Source of the DNA: Bacillota bacterium
GTDB lineage: Bacteria > Bacillota > DTU025
NCBI GenBank assembly: GCA_050951805.1
Contig: JBMNJT010000002.1
Coordinates: 960,001-1,024,000 of the forward strand
Reading direction: 5' to 3'
DNA: 64,000 bases
Each line of letters opens with the position of its first letter. Position 1 is the first letter of the stretch. Positions 36,226 through 47,083 of this stretch are shown piece by piece. The notes below the pieces were generated by a model, which ran no database searches, was not told the origin of the DNA, and saw only the letters and a program-made list of their open reading frames with translations. Position numbers and translations under genes: made by a program.

Positions 36226-36297
36226 AGTATCCACTCCCAAACCCATGAATTCCATGGCAAGTGGGACTGGGCACTCTCACGAGCATAGGGCTTTGCG

Positions 36298-36344
36298 GAA
36301 ACAAAATGGCTACACCGATGCTGCAAGCCTTCGGGTGTAGCCAT
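36298..36344 (-). terminator. Attenuator terminator in ABC-F 5' leader
   Basis: Minus strand ATGGCTACACC-N17-GGTGTAGCCAT-TTTGTTT. Confidence 0.75.
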
Positions 36345-36441
36345 CCAATCTGCTATTTTTGCGAGGTTGCCAGCATTCCCACAAATGCTCAAACGCCGCA
36401 GGCCCCCATGGCGCTGCGTGCATTGAGCGTATTCGCTTAAG

Positions 36442-36465
36442 CTAGAATGCCAGCTTACTGAACAT
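36442..36465 (-). CDS. Putative leader peptide MFSKLAF (uORF of ABC-F attenuator)
   Basis: ATG TTC AGT AAG CTG GCA TTC TAG, 9 nt after GGAGAGGT. Confidence 0.65.
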   Translation of the reverse strand: MFSKLAF

Positions 36466-36509
36466 GTATATGTTACCTCTCCGCAAAGCCTATGTTAAGA
36501 ACTGAATAC

Positions 36510-36538
36510 ATGTTAGCATATACCGGATTTCATGTAAA
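36510..36538 (-). promoter_or_regulatory. sigA-type promoter of ABC-F leader
   Basis: TTTACA-N17-TAACAT with TG extension. Confidence 0.55.
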
Positions 36539-36544
36539 CTGCTT

Positions 36545-37681
36545 CTATCGAAAAATGCGGGCGAGGGGAGGGGTCTTGAGAGTAATGGCTCCATACTCGC
36601 ATAGCTCCTGACAGCAGTAACACCGGATGCACTTGTCGTAATCCATGTGTGCTACACCATCGCGTATCTCAATGGCGTCAGCTGGGCATGCCCTGGCGCA
36701 GACTCTGCATCCACGGCACGAATTGCGAACTACTGAGGGCCGAGTCGTAAACCAGTTCCGTAGTACCCGGCCTGTCTCGCCCGACATCAGCCTTTGCCGC
36801 ATGGAAGGACGGGCGGCCTTGGGAACCCGAAACCCTTGCACTTGCAGTTCTTCAATGGACGGGCCGTAAATATCGATGTTGCCCAGATCTATGGTTCCGT
36901 AGCCCTTCTCTGAAGCGATGCGAAGCGGCGGCGATTCGACGGGGTTGATGCCGACAATTGAGCACGCAACAGCGTCTATGGCTACCCCGTCCGATCCTGC
37001 CATAATAATCCCGAGATCGAATGGGTCTCCGTTTCGCGGGCCGTTCCCGTCCATGCCGATTATACCGTCGAGTATTGAAAGCGTCGGTTTGGCTGTGGCG
37101 TAAATTTCGGCGAGAAGTGTCGAAAACAGCTCTCGATCTTGAAACCTCAGATGATACTTGCCCTTCTGGGATCCGCATATTACTCCGAACATGTTCTTTA
37201 CGCACCCTGTATACATGACGAGCCCGTGGGATTTCAGCTTTGGAAGACTGATTACTGCGTCGGCGTCAACTACCGGCTCGGCTATGGGCAGGGATGTTAC
37301 TATGTGGCCGGGGCTGAGCGGCACATTCCTTGACGTTTCGAACGGAGCCGCATCTACACCCATCTCTTCAAGCACTTCTAGGAGTCCGGACTTGCTGGCG
37401 GCCACATGGAAGCTTTCGAACCCGGGGCTCTCGCCGACTATTGGTTTGCCGCCGACCGATCTCACTTCCTCTATTACCGCCCTGAGAACCTCTGGGTGTG
37501 TAGTAGCTCCGCGCTCTGGAGGCGTCCCGGCAATAAGGTTGGGCTTAATCAAAACTCTGCTGCCGGGCTCGATAAACGTGCCCATGCCGCCGAGAGGCGA
37601 GAGCGCTTCACTGAGGGCTTCTTTTACGTGCTCTCGCTCATAGTCCTTGCATCTTGTGATGGAAACTTGAGACTTGTTCAA
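36545..37681 (-). CDS. DUF362 family protein with C-terminal 2x[4Fe-4S] ferredoxin domain
   Basis: VLIKPNL, TTHPEV, ISLPKLKSH, KNMFG; CRGCRVCARACP and CIRCYCCQELC. Confidence 0.92.
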   Translation of the reverse strand: MNKSQVSITRCKDYEREHVKEALSEALSPLGGMGTFIEPGSRVLIKPNLIAGTPPERGATTHPEVLRAVIEEVRSVGGKPIVGESPGFESFHVAASKSGLLEVLEEMGVDAAPFETSRNVPLSPGHIVTSLPIAEPVVDADAVISLPKLKSHGLVMYTGCVKNMFGVICGSQKGKYHLRFQDRELFSTLLAEIYATAKPTLSILDGIIGMDGNGPRNGDPFDLGIIMAGSDGVAIDAVACSIVGINPVESPPLRIASEKGYGTIDLGNIDIYGPSIEELQVQGFRVPKAARPSMRQRLMSGETGRVLRNWFTTRPSVVRNSCRGCRVCARACPADAIEIRDGVAHMDYDKCIRCYCCQELCEYGAITLKTPPLARIFR

Positions 37682-37752
37682 TGCAGTACCTCCGTAACTA
37701 GTTTTGCCTCTTGACTACACTTCGTTGGGCTGCTATTATAAATTCATAACGT

Positions 37753-37827
37753 TCCTCGATAGCTCAGCGGTAGAGCAACCGGCTGTTAACCGGTGGGTCG
37801 CAGGTTCGAATCCTGCTCGGGGAGCCA
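37753..37827 (+). tRNA. tRNA-Asn(GTT)
   Basis: ACCGG-CTGTTAA-CCGGT anticodon arm, GTTCGAATC, CCA; TTGACT-N17-TATTAT promoter upstream. Confidence 0.97.
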
Positions 37828-38142
37828 TTTTTTTGTACATTTCCGTCCGTAGTTTCTCCTTCCACAGAGGCCCACCTGTTACGCTTCAACCCCAGCAAGG
37901 TTGGGGCCGCAAGAGATGAACATGGCGAAGTCCAGCGGCTCAATTCAGCGAAATGAATGGCGCCAAAGGGGCCATGCTCTATGTAATCGGCAATATACTT
38001 GCAGATGGGCAGAAATCTGGGTTCCATGCCTATGGAATGCTTATATGATACCACAGGAAGAAAAGGGCGTGAATGAAAAGAGGACGCGGGCTATCCCGGT
38101 ATTGCAGGGAATGCCCGCGCTTGTTTTAGTATTGGCGAACGT

Positions 38143-39762
38143 CTAGTAGTCCATTCCTCCCGGAGGATACGGCATCGGCGGCTCTTCCGTGGGAATCTCG
38201 GCGATGACAGCCTCGGTGGTGAGCATCATCGATGCAATGGAGGCTGCGTTCTGCAGGGCTGACCTGCTGACCTTCACGGGGTCGACTATTCCTGCCTTGA
38301 TTAGATCGCAGTATTCCCCAGTCAGAGCGTTCAAGCCGAACCCGGGCTTGTTCTCTGATTTCACTCTCTCGACTACAACAGAGCCCTCAAGGCCGGCATT
38401 GTTGGCGATGGTGCGCAACGGTTCCTCGAGAGCGCGCTTGACGATATTGACTCCGGTCTTCTCATCGCCTTCTGCTTCTATCTGATCGAGTTTGGAAATC
38501 ATGTTGATGTAGGTGGCGCCGCCGCCTGCAACTAGTCCTTCCTCAACGGCCGCCCTTGTTGCCGAAAGAGCATCTTCTATTCTATGCTTCTTCTCCTTAA
38601 GCTCGGTCTCTGTTGAGGCGCCAACTTTAATAATAGCCACGCCGCCAGCGAGCTTTGCGAGGCGCTCCTGGAGCTTCTCACGGTCGTAGTCGGAATCGGA
38701 ATCGTCGATTTCGCGGCGAATCTGGTCGACACGCGCCTCGATCTTGGCCTTCTCTCCACGGCCCTCGATGATGGTCGTCTTTTCCTTGTTGACCTTGACC
38801 GTCTTGGCCTGGCCGAGCTGCTTCAGGTCGACGTTTTCAAGCTTTGCACCCGTTGCCTCTGAGATGAATTCTCCGCCTGTAAGCACAGCTATGTCTTCCA
38901 TCATTGCGTTGCGCCTGTCACCAAACCCTGGCGCCTTAACAGCGACAACGTTTAGGATTCCGCGGAGCTTGTTGACGACGAGAGTTGCAAGGGCTTCGCC
39001 TTCTATATCTTCGGCAACGATCAAAAGCGGTCTGCCAGCACGGGCGATCTTCTCCAGCAATGGGAGGAGCTCTTGAACATTACTGATCTTCTTCTCGTAA
39101 AGCAGAATATATGGATCTTCGAGAATGGCCTCCATCGACTCCGTGCTAGTGACGAAGTAGGGGGATATGTATCCCTTATCGAATTCCATGCCTTCGACCT
39201 GTTCGACAGTGGTCTCGATGCCCTTGGACTCCTCGACGGTGATTACTCCGTCCTTGCCGACTTTGTCCATGGCTTCAGCGATCCATTCGCCGACGGCCTC
39301 GTCATTCCCGGAAATCGAGGCTACGTGGGCAATGTCTTCCTTGCCGTCCACGGGGATGGCGAGTTTATGTAGCTCGTCTACGACGAGTTCTACGGCCTTG
39401 TCTATACCGCGCTTCAGGAACATCGGGTTCGCGCCAGCAGTTACGTTGCGCAGCCCCTCGTTCACAATTATTTGGGCAAGGACAGTGGCGGTTGTGGTGC
39501 CGTCGCCTGCGACGTCGTTCGTTTTCGATGCAACTTCCTTGACGAGCTGGGCTCCCATGTTTTCATACGGATCCTCTAGCTCGATTTCTTTGGCCACCGT
39601 CACGCCGTCCTTAGTGATGACTGGTGATCCATACTTCCGCTCAAGCACGACGTTGCGTCCTTTAGGACCCAATGTGACCTTGACTGCAGATGCAACTGCG
39701 TCGACACCGTTTTTCAGGCTAGTACGCGCTTCTTCTGCATATGCTAACTGCTTAGCAGCCAT
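38143..39762 (-). CDS. groL: Chaperonin GroEL
   Basis: [30 protein letters not shown]. Confidence 0.99.
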   Translation of the reverse strand: MAAKQLAYAEEARTSLKNGVDAVASAVKVTLGPKGRNVVLERKYGSPVITKDGVTVAKEIELEDPYENMGAQLVKEVASKTNDVAGDGTTTATVLAQIIVNEGLRNVTAGANPMFLKRGIDKAVELVVDELHKLAIPVDGKEDIAHVASISGNDEAVGEWIAEAMDKVGKDGVITVEESKGIETTVEQVEGMEFDKGYISPYFVTSTESMEAILEDPYILLYEKKISNVQELLPLLEKIARAGRPLLIVAEDIEGEALATLVVNKLRGILNVVAVKAPGFGDRRNAMMEDIAVLTGGEFISEATGAKLENVDLKQLGQAKTVKVNKEKTTIIEGRGEKAKIEARVDQIRREIDDSDSDYDREKLQERLAKLAGGVAIIKVGASTETELKEKKHRIEDALSATRAAVEEGLVAGGGATYINMISKLDQIEAEGDEKTGVNIVKRALEEPLRTIANNAGLEGSVVVERVKSENKPGFGLNALTGEYCDLIKAGIVDPVKVSRSALQNAASIASMMLTTEAVIAEIPTEEPPMPYPPGGMDY

Positions 39763-39825
39763 TTTCGTTTGCCTCCTTCATACGCATGAATGATTTGCAT
39801 GTTGGTCTTCGTGGGGCAGTAGGTT

Positions 39826-40110
39826 CTACTTGACCGCGAGAATATCGGACTCGCGGAGAATCAAGTATTCTTCGCCGTCAATCTTGATTTCAGTGCCGCC
39901 GTATTTGGCGAATATGACCGTGTCCCCAACGTTTACCTCCAGTGGGATGCGGCGCTTGCCTTCTTCATCCCATCTGCCGGGCCCAACAGCCTTCACTTCG
40001 CCCCACTGAGGGCGCTCTTTAGCGGTATCCGGAAGAACAATTCCGCCCGGAGTCTTCTCTTCTTCCGTATGAGGCTTTACAAGCACTCTGTCAGCACAAG
40101 GTTTTACCAT
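39826..40110 (-). CDS. groS: Co-chaperonin GroES
   Basis: [32 protein letters not shown]. Confidence 0.98.
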   Translation of the reverse strand: MVKPCADRVLVKPHTEEEKTPGGIVLPDTAKERPQWGEVKAVGPGRWDEEGKRRIPLEVNVGDTVIFAKYGGTEIKIDGEEYLILRESDILAVK

Positions 40111-40139
40111 CGACGTTTACCTCCTTCACGGCGTTGCTC

Positions 40140-40166
40140 TTAGCACTCAACGGATGTGAGTGCTAA
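40140..40166. promoter_or_regulatory. CIRCE element (HrcA operator)
   Basis: Perfect TTAGCACTC-N9-GAGTGCTAA, just downstream of minus-strand TTGACA-N18-TATCAT (40203-40174). Confidence 0.97.
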
Positions 40167-40313
40167 CAAAGATATGATATACTCCTCGTTTTGGTGTTGT
40201 CAAGGCTTATGATAGAATTATTTCCGGGATAGGAGTCTATATACAGTCGACGACTGCCGTTTGTCCGGAAATACTGGTACTTAACCGAACCGATGAAGGA
40301 TGGGATTTGGACC

Positions 40314-41141
40314 ATGGCTGAACTTCTAAAGCTTCTTGCGATATCGCTGATTCCCGGTATCCTATGGGTTATCTACTTCCATCGGAAAGACATATACGAC
40401 AAAGAGCCAGCACGTTTGGTCGCAAAGGCATTTCTTGCAGGGGCGGTAATGATAATCCCGGCAGGTCTTGTGGAAGCGCCTCTACGAGGCGTGCTTACCA
40501 ATCCTCCGAGTTTGCCTGTTCTTTTGCTCGCGTCTGTTTTCGGAATAGGCTTGGTCGAGGAGTTCTTCAAGTATTTGGCCGTTCGGAGAACAGTGTACGA
40601 TCTTGCCGAGTTCAACGAACCAATGGATGGCATAGTCTACGCGGTCTCGGCCGGGCTCGGATTTGCCGCCTTTGAGAATGTTCTCTACGCGGCATCCTAT
40701 GGCCTTCCAGTTGGGATAGTCAGAGGTGCGCTTACATCCTTGGTGCACGCATCCTTTTCCGGGATCGTCGGCTTTCAAATGGGTATTGCCAAGTTCGCTC
40801 CGAAGTCCATGGAAGGACCGCTCGTAGCCAGAGGATTGATGACCGCGTCGGTGCTTCATGGTTTGTATGATTTTCTTCTCATGACCGAGCTGATGAATTT
40901 CTACCTTACTTTGCTCGTGGTTGTCTTGCTATATGTCGGGCTCGCCGGGAAGATAAGGACAGCTCTCCACGTTTCACCGTTCAGGTTCGCAGAACTGTAT
41001 GGGAAAGAGGATGGAAGATCTGAGGATTCTGTGGAGATTGGACGGATTGGCGACGCTGCTGGGACCGGTGATCCGGATGTGCCGTCTGGTAATGGAAGAG
41101 TGGCAAACGGAGAAGACGACAGCTCGAGCAGTCGTAGATGA
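40314..41141 (+). CDS. prsW: PrsW family intramembrane glutamic protease
   Basis: KEP, VEEFFKY, DGIVYAV..GFAAFEN, HASF, LHGLYD. Confidence 0.9.
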   Translation: MAELLKLLAISLIPGILWVIYFHRKDIYDKEPARLVAKAFLAGAVMIIPAGLVEAPLRGVLTNPPSLPVLLLASVFGIGLVEEFFKYLAVRRTVYDLAEFNEPMDGIVYAVSAGLGFAAFENVLYAASYGLPVGIVRGALTSLVHASFSGIVGFQMGIAKFAPKSMEGPLVARGLMTASVLHGLYDFLLMTELMNFYLTLLVVVLLYVGLAGKIRTALHVSPFRFAELYGKEDGRSEDSVEIGRIGDAAGTGDPDVPSGNGRVANGEDDSSSSRR

Positions 41142-41257
41142 GGGCGGCATGTCTCTTCTTCCTATGCTCTGATGCCGAATCCTTTCCAACGAGCTAGGGC
41201 TGTGTTAGAATGTACGCGGCAAAGTCATTGGAGTTCCTGTGGAAGGGGGTACGCATG

Positions 41258-42022
41258 ATGTCAGGACATTCGAAATGGGCTAACATTAAGCATAAAAAGG
41301 CTAAGGCTGACGCTCAGCGGGGTGCTGCTTTCACTAAGGCATCGCGCGAACTGCATGTCGCCGTTAAACAAGGTGGGCCTGATCCAGAGGCAAACTTCAG
41401 GCTCAAGATGGCCATTCAGGCTGCGCGAGCGGTTAACATGCCCAATGATACAATTCAGCGGGCCATTAAGAGGGCGGCGGGCGATGGAGATGGCGAGAGC
41501 TATGAGGAGATCGTGTATGAAGGATATGGGCCGGGTGGAGTTGCTCTCGTGGTAGAGGCTATGACTGACAACAGGAATCGCACCGCATCCGATGTTCGTC
41601 ACATCTTTTCGCGTCACGGCGGCAATCTTGGGGAAACAGGATGCGTGAACTGGATGTTCGACAGGAAAGGCTCGATAACTGTGGATACGGAAAGTTTTGC
41701 TGGTGACGAAGACGAGATGATGATGATCGCGCTTGACGCGGGAGCTGAGGATCTCAAGGCTTACGACGATTACTATGAAATCATCACCTCGCCCGAGGAT
41801 CTTGACGCGGTGCGGAAGGCCATGGAGAGTGCTGGAGTCGAATACTCTGGTGCTCGGATAATTCGAGTTCCGCAAAATGTTATGGTTCTTGGAACCAAAG
41901 AGGCTGGCCCGGCAATGCGTCTCGTTGACGCCCTCGATGAGCACGATGATGTGCAGCACGTGTACACGAATTTCGACATTCCCGACGAAGTGCTTGAGGA
42001 GCTAGAGAAGGAAGGAGCTTGA
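41258..42022 (+). CDS. yebC: YebC/PmpR family protein
   Basis: MSGHSKWANIKHKK, YEGYGPGG, TDNRNRT, DDVQHVYTN. Confidence 0.96.
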   Translation: MSGHSKWANIKHKKAKADAQRGAAFTKASRELHVAVKQGGPDPEANFRLKMAIQAARAVNMPNDTIQRAIKRAAGDGDGESYEEIVYEGYGPGGVALVVEAMTDNRNRTASDVRHIFSRHGGNLGETGCVNWMFDRKGSITVDTESFAGDEDEMMMIALDAGAEDLKAYDDYYEIITSPEDLDAVRKAMESAGVEYSGARIIRVPQNVMVLGTKEAGPAMRLVDALDEHDDVQHVYTNFDIPDEVLEELEKEGA

Positions 42023-42158
42023 GCAAGTGCTTCTTCCTTCCCATGGCGACCACGCACGAGGCGTGGCCGCTTTTCTATGTGGCGTGCATGTTTGCAATAT
42101 GCCGCGGACGGGCTTGCCTTAGCTCACGGTTATTAGTTGCTATGAATGGGAGGTGGCG

Positions 42159-42668
42159 ATGGTGCTCGTGCTTGGCATCGATCCCGGGACGGCTATTACA
42201 GGCTATGGCCTGGTGCAGGAAGCAAATGGCAGAATTGAATGCAAAGATATGGGGTGCGTGCTTACTCGGGCAGACCTCCCTCTTGCTGTCAGGCTTTCTC
42301 AGATTTATGATGAACTTTTTGAGATTATCAGGCGTGATAAGCCGGATTGCGCTGCGGTTGAGCAACTTTTCTTTAATACTAACGCCAAGAGCGCCTTGGC
42401 GGTAGGACACGCGCGAGGCGTCGCGCTTTTAGCGTGTGAGAAAGCGGGCATTCCGGTGGCGGAGTATACTCCTCTTCAGGTGAAAATGGCAGTTGCTGGG
42501 TATGGCAGGGCAGACAAGAAGCAGGTGCAGAGCATGGTCAAGCTTTTGCTGGCGTTGGATTCGGAACCAAAGCCGGATGATGTTGCAGATGCGCTGGCGA
42601 TAGCCATATGCCATCTATCTACCGCTCCGTATCTTGCAAAGATCTCCGGGGATGGTGATCGTCTATGA
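42159..42668 (+). CDS. ruvC: Holliday junction resolvase RuvC
   Basis: LGIDPG, AVEQLFF, EYTPLQVK, DDVADALAIAICH. Confidence 0.97.
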   Translation: MVLVLGIDPGTAITGYGLVQEANGRIECKDMGCVLTRADLPLAVRLSQIYDELFEIIRRDKPDCAAVEQLFFNTNAKSALAVGHARGVALLACEKAGIPVAEYTPLQVKMAVAGYGRADKKQVQSMVKLLLALDSEPKPDDVADALAIAICHLSTAPYLAKISGDGDRL

Positions 42669-43273
42669 TATCTCAGCTTCGCGGCAAGGTGGCTTCGATC
42701 GAGCGGGACGCCATTGTTTTGGATGTTGGGGGCATTGGGTTCTCTGTCTCGGTGACGTCGGGAACGAGAGCTACTTTGGGGCGAATAGGGGAGGAAGTTC
42801 GCCTTTTTACCGCAATGGTGATTCGCGATGACTGTGTGAACCTTTATGGTTTTGAGAGTGTGGAGGAGCGAGAATTCTTCCACATGCTCTGCGAGGTCAA
42901 GGGGATTGGCCCTAAAACTGCGCTGTCGATCCTATCCTCGCTTTCTCCGGAGACGCTTTCCATGGCTATCTCTTCGGGTGACATCGCGATGTTGGCTACA
43001 GCTCCCGGGGTGGGAAAGAGGACGGCGGAGCGACTTGCAGTTGAACTGAAAGGTAAGGTTGGGCAGTTCATCTCCGACGAATTCATAGAGAGAGGCGCAT
43101 CGGCAAACGCAGATTCAACTGCTGCCCAGGATGCGATCAGTGCGCTTGTATCGCTAGGCTACTCACCTGTTGAAGCCGAAAGGGCGGTGGCTGCAGCCGT
43201 GGCAGCCGGCTATTCGGACGATGCTTCTGCCATTATTCGCGCGGCGCTCTCAAGAATGTCGCGCGCGGAATGA
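42665..43273 (+). CDS. ruvA: Holliday junction branch migration protein RuvA
   Basis: LDVGGIGF, LYGF, VKGIGPKTA, PGVGKRTAERL, ALVSLGY. Confidence 0.96.
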   Translation: MISQLRGKVASIERDAIVLDVGGIGFSVSVTSGTRATLGRIGEEVRLFTAMVIRDDCVNLYGFESVEEREFFHMLCEVKGIGPKTALSILSSLSPETLSMAISSGDIAMLATAPGVGKRTAERLAVELKGKVGQFISDEFIERGASANADSTAAQDAISALVSLGYSPVEAERAVAAAVAAGYSDDASAIIRAALSRMSRAE

Positions 43274-43288
43274 TCGGAGGGCATTTCT

Positions 43289-44317
43289 ATGGAGGAAAGA
43301 ATAGTGACGGGGGAAAAGACAGATGAAGATCGCGGGTCTGAGTTGAGCCTCCGTCCAAGGCGGCTCTCTGAGTTCATTGGCCAAAACAGAGTAAAGGAGA
43401 GCCTCTCGATTTTCATAGAAGCCGCCAGAAGTAGGGGCGAGCCTCTCGATCACGTGCTGCTGTATGGTCCCCCAGGCCTCGGAAAAACGACGTTGGCCAA
43501 CATCATCTCAGTGGAGATGGGTGTAAGGCTTCGGGTCACGTCTGGGCCGGCTATAGAACGCGCGGGGGACTTGGCTGCCATACTTACCAATCTTGCCCCC
43601 GGGGACGTGCTGTTCGTGGATGAGATCCACAGGCTGGGAAGGCCGGTTGAGGAGATACTCTACCCGGCCATGGAGGATTATGCGCTCGATATCATCATCG
43701 GCAAAGGCCCGTCTGCAAGATCGATACGGATCGACCTGCCAAGATTTACTCTGGTGGGGGCCACAACTAGGACAGGACTGATATCCTCGCCCCTTCGCGA
43801 TAGGTTTGGAGTAGTCCACAGGCTAGAGCTATACTCTGTAGACGATCTTGCCACAATCGTCTCAAAATCCGCTGAGATCTTGGGAATTGAGATCGAGGCC
43901 TTAGGGGCTTACGAGATAGCGAGGCGGTCCAGGGGAACCCCTAGGGTGGCCAATAGGATGCTGAGGCGGGTACGCGATTACGCCGAGGTGCGCGCAGACG
44001 GCGTCATAACACAGGATGTGGCTTGTGATGCCTTGGCCATGTTTGATGTGGATGAACTTGGCCTCGACAGGCTTGACAGGAAGATTCTAGCAACTATAAT
44101 AGACAAGTTCGGGGGTGGACCGGTCGGAGTGGACACTATCGCGGCTGCCATCAATGAGGAGAGAGATACTATCGAGGATGTGTATGAGCCGTACTTGATG
44201 CAGCTAGGTTTCATAGACAGGACGCCCCGCGGTCGAGTGGCTACAAGCTTGGCATACCAGCACATAGGACGGGAATTTCCAACAGATGAAGCAGATGGGC
44301 AGGCGAGGTTGCTGTGA
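43289..44317 (+). CDS. ruvB: Holliday junction helicase RuvB
   Basis: [40 protein letters not shown]. Confidence 0.98.
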   Translation: MEERIVTGEKTDEDRGSELSLRPRRLSEFIGQNRVKESLSIFIEAARSRGEPLDHVLLYGPPGLGKTTLANIISVEMGVRLRVTSGPAIERAGDLAAILTNLAPGDVLFVDEIHRLGRPVEEILYPAMEDYALDIIIGKGPSARSIRIDLPRFTLVGATTRTGLISSPLRDRFGVVHRLELYSVDDLATIVSKSAEILGIEIEALGAYEIARRSRGTPRVANRMLRRVRDYAEVRADGVITQDVACDALAMFDVDELGLDRLDRKILATIIDKFGGGPVGVDTIAAAINEERDTIEDVYEPYLMQLGFIDRTPRGRVATSLAYQHIGREFPTDEADGQARLL

Positions 44318-44892
44318 ATTTGCTGCTCCATTCTTGCTGTGCCCCGTGCACTACCTATTGCCTCGAGAAGCTGAGGTCTGATGGGCATGATGTATACGGG
44401 TATTTCTATAACCCCAACATACATCCGTATGTCGAGTTTCGGCGAAGGCTGGACACATACAGGGATTACTGTGCATCAGTTGGTCTGGACGCGGATATTT
44501 GTGAGAGTTATGGCCTTCGGCAGTACATTGTGGAGGTTGGGAGTGATATCGACGGCAGATGCGCCGTCTGCTATCGCATGCGCCTCCTTTCCGCGGCAAA
44601 GCTTGCACTGGAGAAGGGTGTTGACGCATTTACTACAACTCTTTCTATCAGCCCCTATCAAAACCACGAGCTTTTAGCGCGGGTGGGTGAGGACGTGTCG
44701 AGGGAAGTCGGAGTGCCCTTTATCTATTATGATTTCAGGCCTGGATATAGGCGAAGCGTTGAAATCTCGCGAGAATTGGGCCTTTATCGACAGCCGTATT
44801 GTGGCTGCATATTCAGTGAGGAAGAGCGCTACTCCCCAAAGTTCCGCAAGTCGCGTAAGCGGACGAAAAAAGGCTCTGCTGATAAGGAGTAA
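44314..44892 (+). CDS. queH: Epoxyqueuosine reductase QueH
   Basis: [39 protein letters not shown]. Confidence 0.92.
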   Translation: MNLLLHSCCAPCTTYCLEKLRSDGHDVYGYFYNPNIHPYVEFRRRLDTYRDYCASVGLDADICESYGLRQYIVEVGSDIDGRCAVCYRMRLLSAAKLALEKGVDAFTTTLSISPYQNHELLARVGEDVSREVGVPFIYYDFRPGYRRSVEISRELGLYRQPYCGCIFSEEERYSPKFRKSRKRTKKGSADKE

Positions 44893-44990
44893 ACCTTCGG
44901 GAGCAGTCGTATTCCTTGCATAGCGCGGAGCGCCGATGGGAACGTTACATTACAAAGCCCCGGTGGTCCGCATGTTGAGGATGATGCGGA

Positions 44991-45764
44991 TTGGCGTTGT
45001 CAAAATGTGAAGGGGTTATTCTTCGGGTTAAAGATTTCGGTGAAGCAGACCGGATCTTAACGATCCTTTCTGATACGGATGGGAAGTTTGATGCTGTCGC
45101 CCGCGGCGCTCGGCGCCCTCGGAGCAGACTGGTTGGGGTTACTCAACAATTTTCGCGCGTGAATGCGCTATTGTTCCGTGGCAGAAACTTGGATACGCTG
45201 AGCACTGTGGAGCTGCTGTCTTCTTATTCCAGCATCACATCGGATGTAATGAAGATGGCATATGCTTCATACGTTGCTGAACTGGTCGATCTCATGACAG
45301 GCGAAAGGCAGCGTAACGAAATGCTATACGCCTTGGTTATTTCGACATTCGAAGCGCTCGATGCGGGGCCCGCAGACCCTGATATGGTGCTTAAGGCGTT
45401 TGAAATAAAGTTCATGTCTGTTTCTGGCTTCCGACCTGAGCTTGCAAGATGTGTTTCCTGTGGAAAGCCTGAAAACCAAGCGTCATGGTTTGGCCCGGAG
45501 GCCGGGGGGTTGCTGTGCGATGGGTGCCGCAGTTCGGACTGGGGAAGCGTCCGATTTTCCGCTGCAACGCGGGAACTGGCCAAGCGCCTTCTGATATGGG
45601 ATTACGACATGATAGCGGTGCTCAAGCCGAGTCGTAGCAGCTTTGAAGAACTAAACAATGCCTTCAGGGCCTATGTGGATCAGCGGGTAGGGCGCAAGCT
45701 GCATTCGCTTGACTTCATCTCTGATCTTAAATCGATGGAGCGAGGGGGCAAACAGGATAGTTGA
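44991..45764 (+). CDS. recO: DNA repair protein RecO
   Basis: FGEADRIL, ARGARRPRS, CVSC..CDGC zinc site. Confidence 0.95.
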   Translation: MALSKCEGVILRVKDFGEADRILTILSDTDGKFDAVARGARRPRSRLVGVTQQFSRVNALLFRGRNLDTLSTVELLSSYSSITSDVMKMAYASYVAELVDLMTGERQRNEMLYALVISTFEALDAGPADPDMVLKAFEIKFMSVSGFRPELARCVSCGKPENQASWFGPEAGGLLCDGCRSSDWGSVRFSAATRELAKRLLIWDYDMIAVLKPSRSSFEELNNAFRAYVDQRVGRKLHSLDFISDLKSMERGGKQDS

Positions 45765-46162
45765 AGGTTGACCTCGATAAAATTGACAAGCTCCGCGCGC
45801 GGATTGATCTCGGCTATGATGAGGCCGCTGCGTATTTGGAAGCAGCAGGAGGCGATCTTGTTCAGGCTCTCATAATGGCGGAAAGAGACATTGGAAGCGC
45901 TGTGGATGGCAGCCTGGATTTGGACGGTGGCCAACGTGAGTCCACGGACGGTTCGACATGGACCGGACGCCTGGCGGACGTTCTCAGACGTGGTTCTGAG
46001 ATGAGGCTGGTGGTGGAACGCGACGGGGCCAATGTAGCTTATATGCCGGTGTCGGCAGGATTGGTAGGGGCTATTTTCGCTCCCGAGCTGGCAGCCGTGG
46101 GGGCCATCTTGGCCCTGGCGACCAGATGCACGATGAGGGTAGAGCCGAATCCGAACGAGTGA
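45761..46162 (+). CDS. DUF4342-like protein with UBA/EF-Ts-like N-terminus
   Basis: LDKIDKLRAR..YDEAAAYLEAAGGDLVQAL; P..AAVGAILALATRC; recO-adjacent. Confidence 0.75.
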   Translation: MKVDLDKIDKLRARIDLGYDEAAAYLEAAGGDLVQALIMAERDIGSAVDGSLDLDGGQRESTDGSTWTGRLADVLRRGSEMRLVVERDGANVAYMPVSAGLVGAIFAPELAAVGAILALATRCTMRVEPNPNE

Positions 46163-46275
46163 GCGGATCGAGCATCATCCTTCCGGGTTCGGGGTACATC
46201 CACGTTAGCGGGAGGACTATCTAATGCAAGCTTTTTTCGGCGTACGAGGGAAGGTGCTAAAACCAGAGCCGGGAA

Positions 46276-46401
46276 TTGACATATTGCAGGGCCATTTGCT
46301 ATAGTTAGGGCAAATGACAGCGTGCAAGCGAACGCGCCCGGCGCTTCGGGAACATAGCCTCCCGTGCCCCCCACGAGCTTTCGGGGGCGGAGGCTTTTTT
46401 T
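46276..46401 (+). promoter_or_regulatory. sigA promoter plus short structured leader ending in a terminator (unknown attenuator or sRNA)
   Basis: TTGACA-N18-TATAGT (46276-46305); terminator AGCCTCC..GCCCCC..GGGGGC-GGAGGCT-TTTTTT (46356-46401). Confidence 0.6.
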
Positions 46402-46417
46402 CATGGAGGTGGACTTT

Positions 46418-47059
46418 TTGAGGATGCTTGCCGGCCTTTACACTCGGGCACTGCCCCGGGCGTTTCGCAGTTACCGGCGATACTTGCTCTTTGCCGCTAT
46501 GCTCCTTGTCACCTGCATGATTGTGGGTTACACCGGATTCAGCCCTTCAGGCGATTCTCTGCCGTGGATATTCAACAGCCTCATAGGGCTGAGGGATTCC
46601 ATGGCCGGCGCTTCTACATGGGAACAGATTGGAATGCTGTTTTGGAACAACCTAAAAGCCACGCTTGTCTCCATCGGTCTGGGGTGGATATTCGGCATCG
46701 TCCCCGTAATAAGTGTATGCCTTAACGGAGTGCTCATCGGGGCGTGTACGAAGCTGATGGTTGTCAGAAATGCCCTATCGGCATCTGTTGTGATTGCGTC
46801 TTTTCTTCCCCATGGAATACTGGAGTTGCCGGCTTTCTTGGCAGGCCAGGTTGTGGGGTTGCGTTTGGGCTTTCTTCTTCCGGTGGTGTGGCGTGGGCGC
46901 GCAAGCAAGAACGATCTGGGGCGCGCGGCTGTTGAGGGAGCGATCATCCTTGGCTTGTTTTGTGTGCCGCTGCTGGCGATAGCTGCTGTTGTGGAGCTCA
47001 AGGTTACGCCGGCAGTTGTTCGGATGTTTGCTCCGGAGCTTCCAACGCTGCCTCTATGA
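46418..47059 (+). CDS. SpoIIM / DUF95 family membrane protein
   Basis: LFWNNLK, NGVLIG, LPHGILELPA, AAVVELKVTP. Confidence 0.85.
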   Translation: MRMLAGLYTRALPRAFRSYRRYLLFAAMLLVTCMIVGYTGFSPSGDSLPWIFNSLIGLRDSMAGASTWEQIGMLFWNNLKATLVSIGLGWIFGIVPVISVCLNGVLIGACTKLMVVRNALSASVVIASFLPHGILELPAFLAGQVVGLRLGFLLPVVWRGRASKNDLGRAAVEGAIILGLFCVPLLAIAAVVELKVTPAVVRMFAPELPTLPL

Positions 47060-47083
47060 CGATGAGATGGGGAGGGACCGCGC

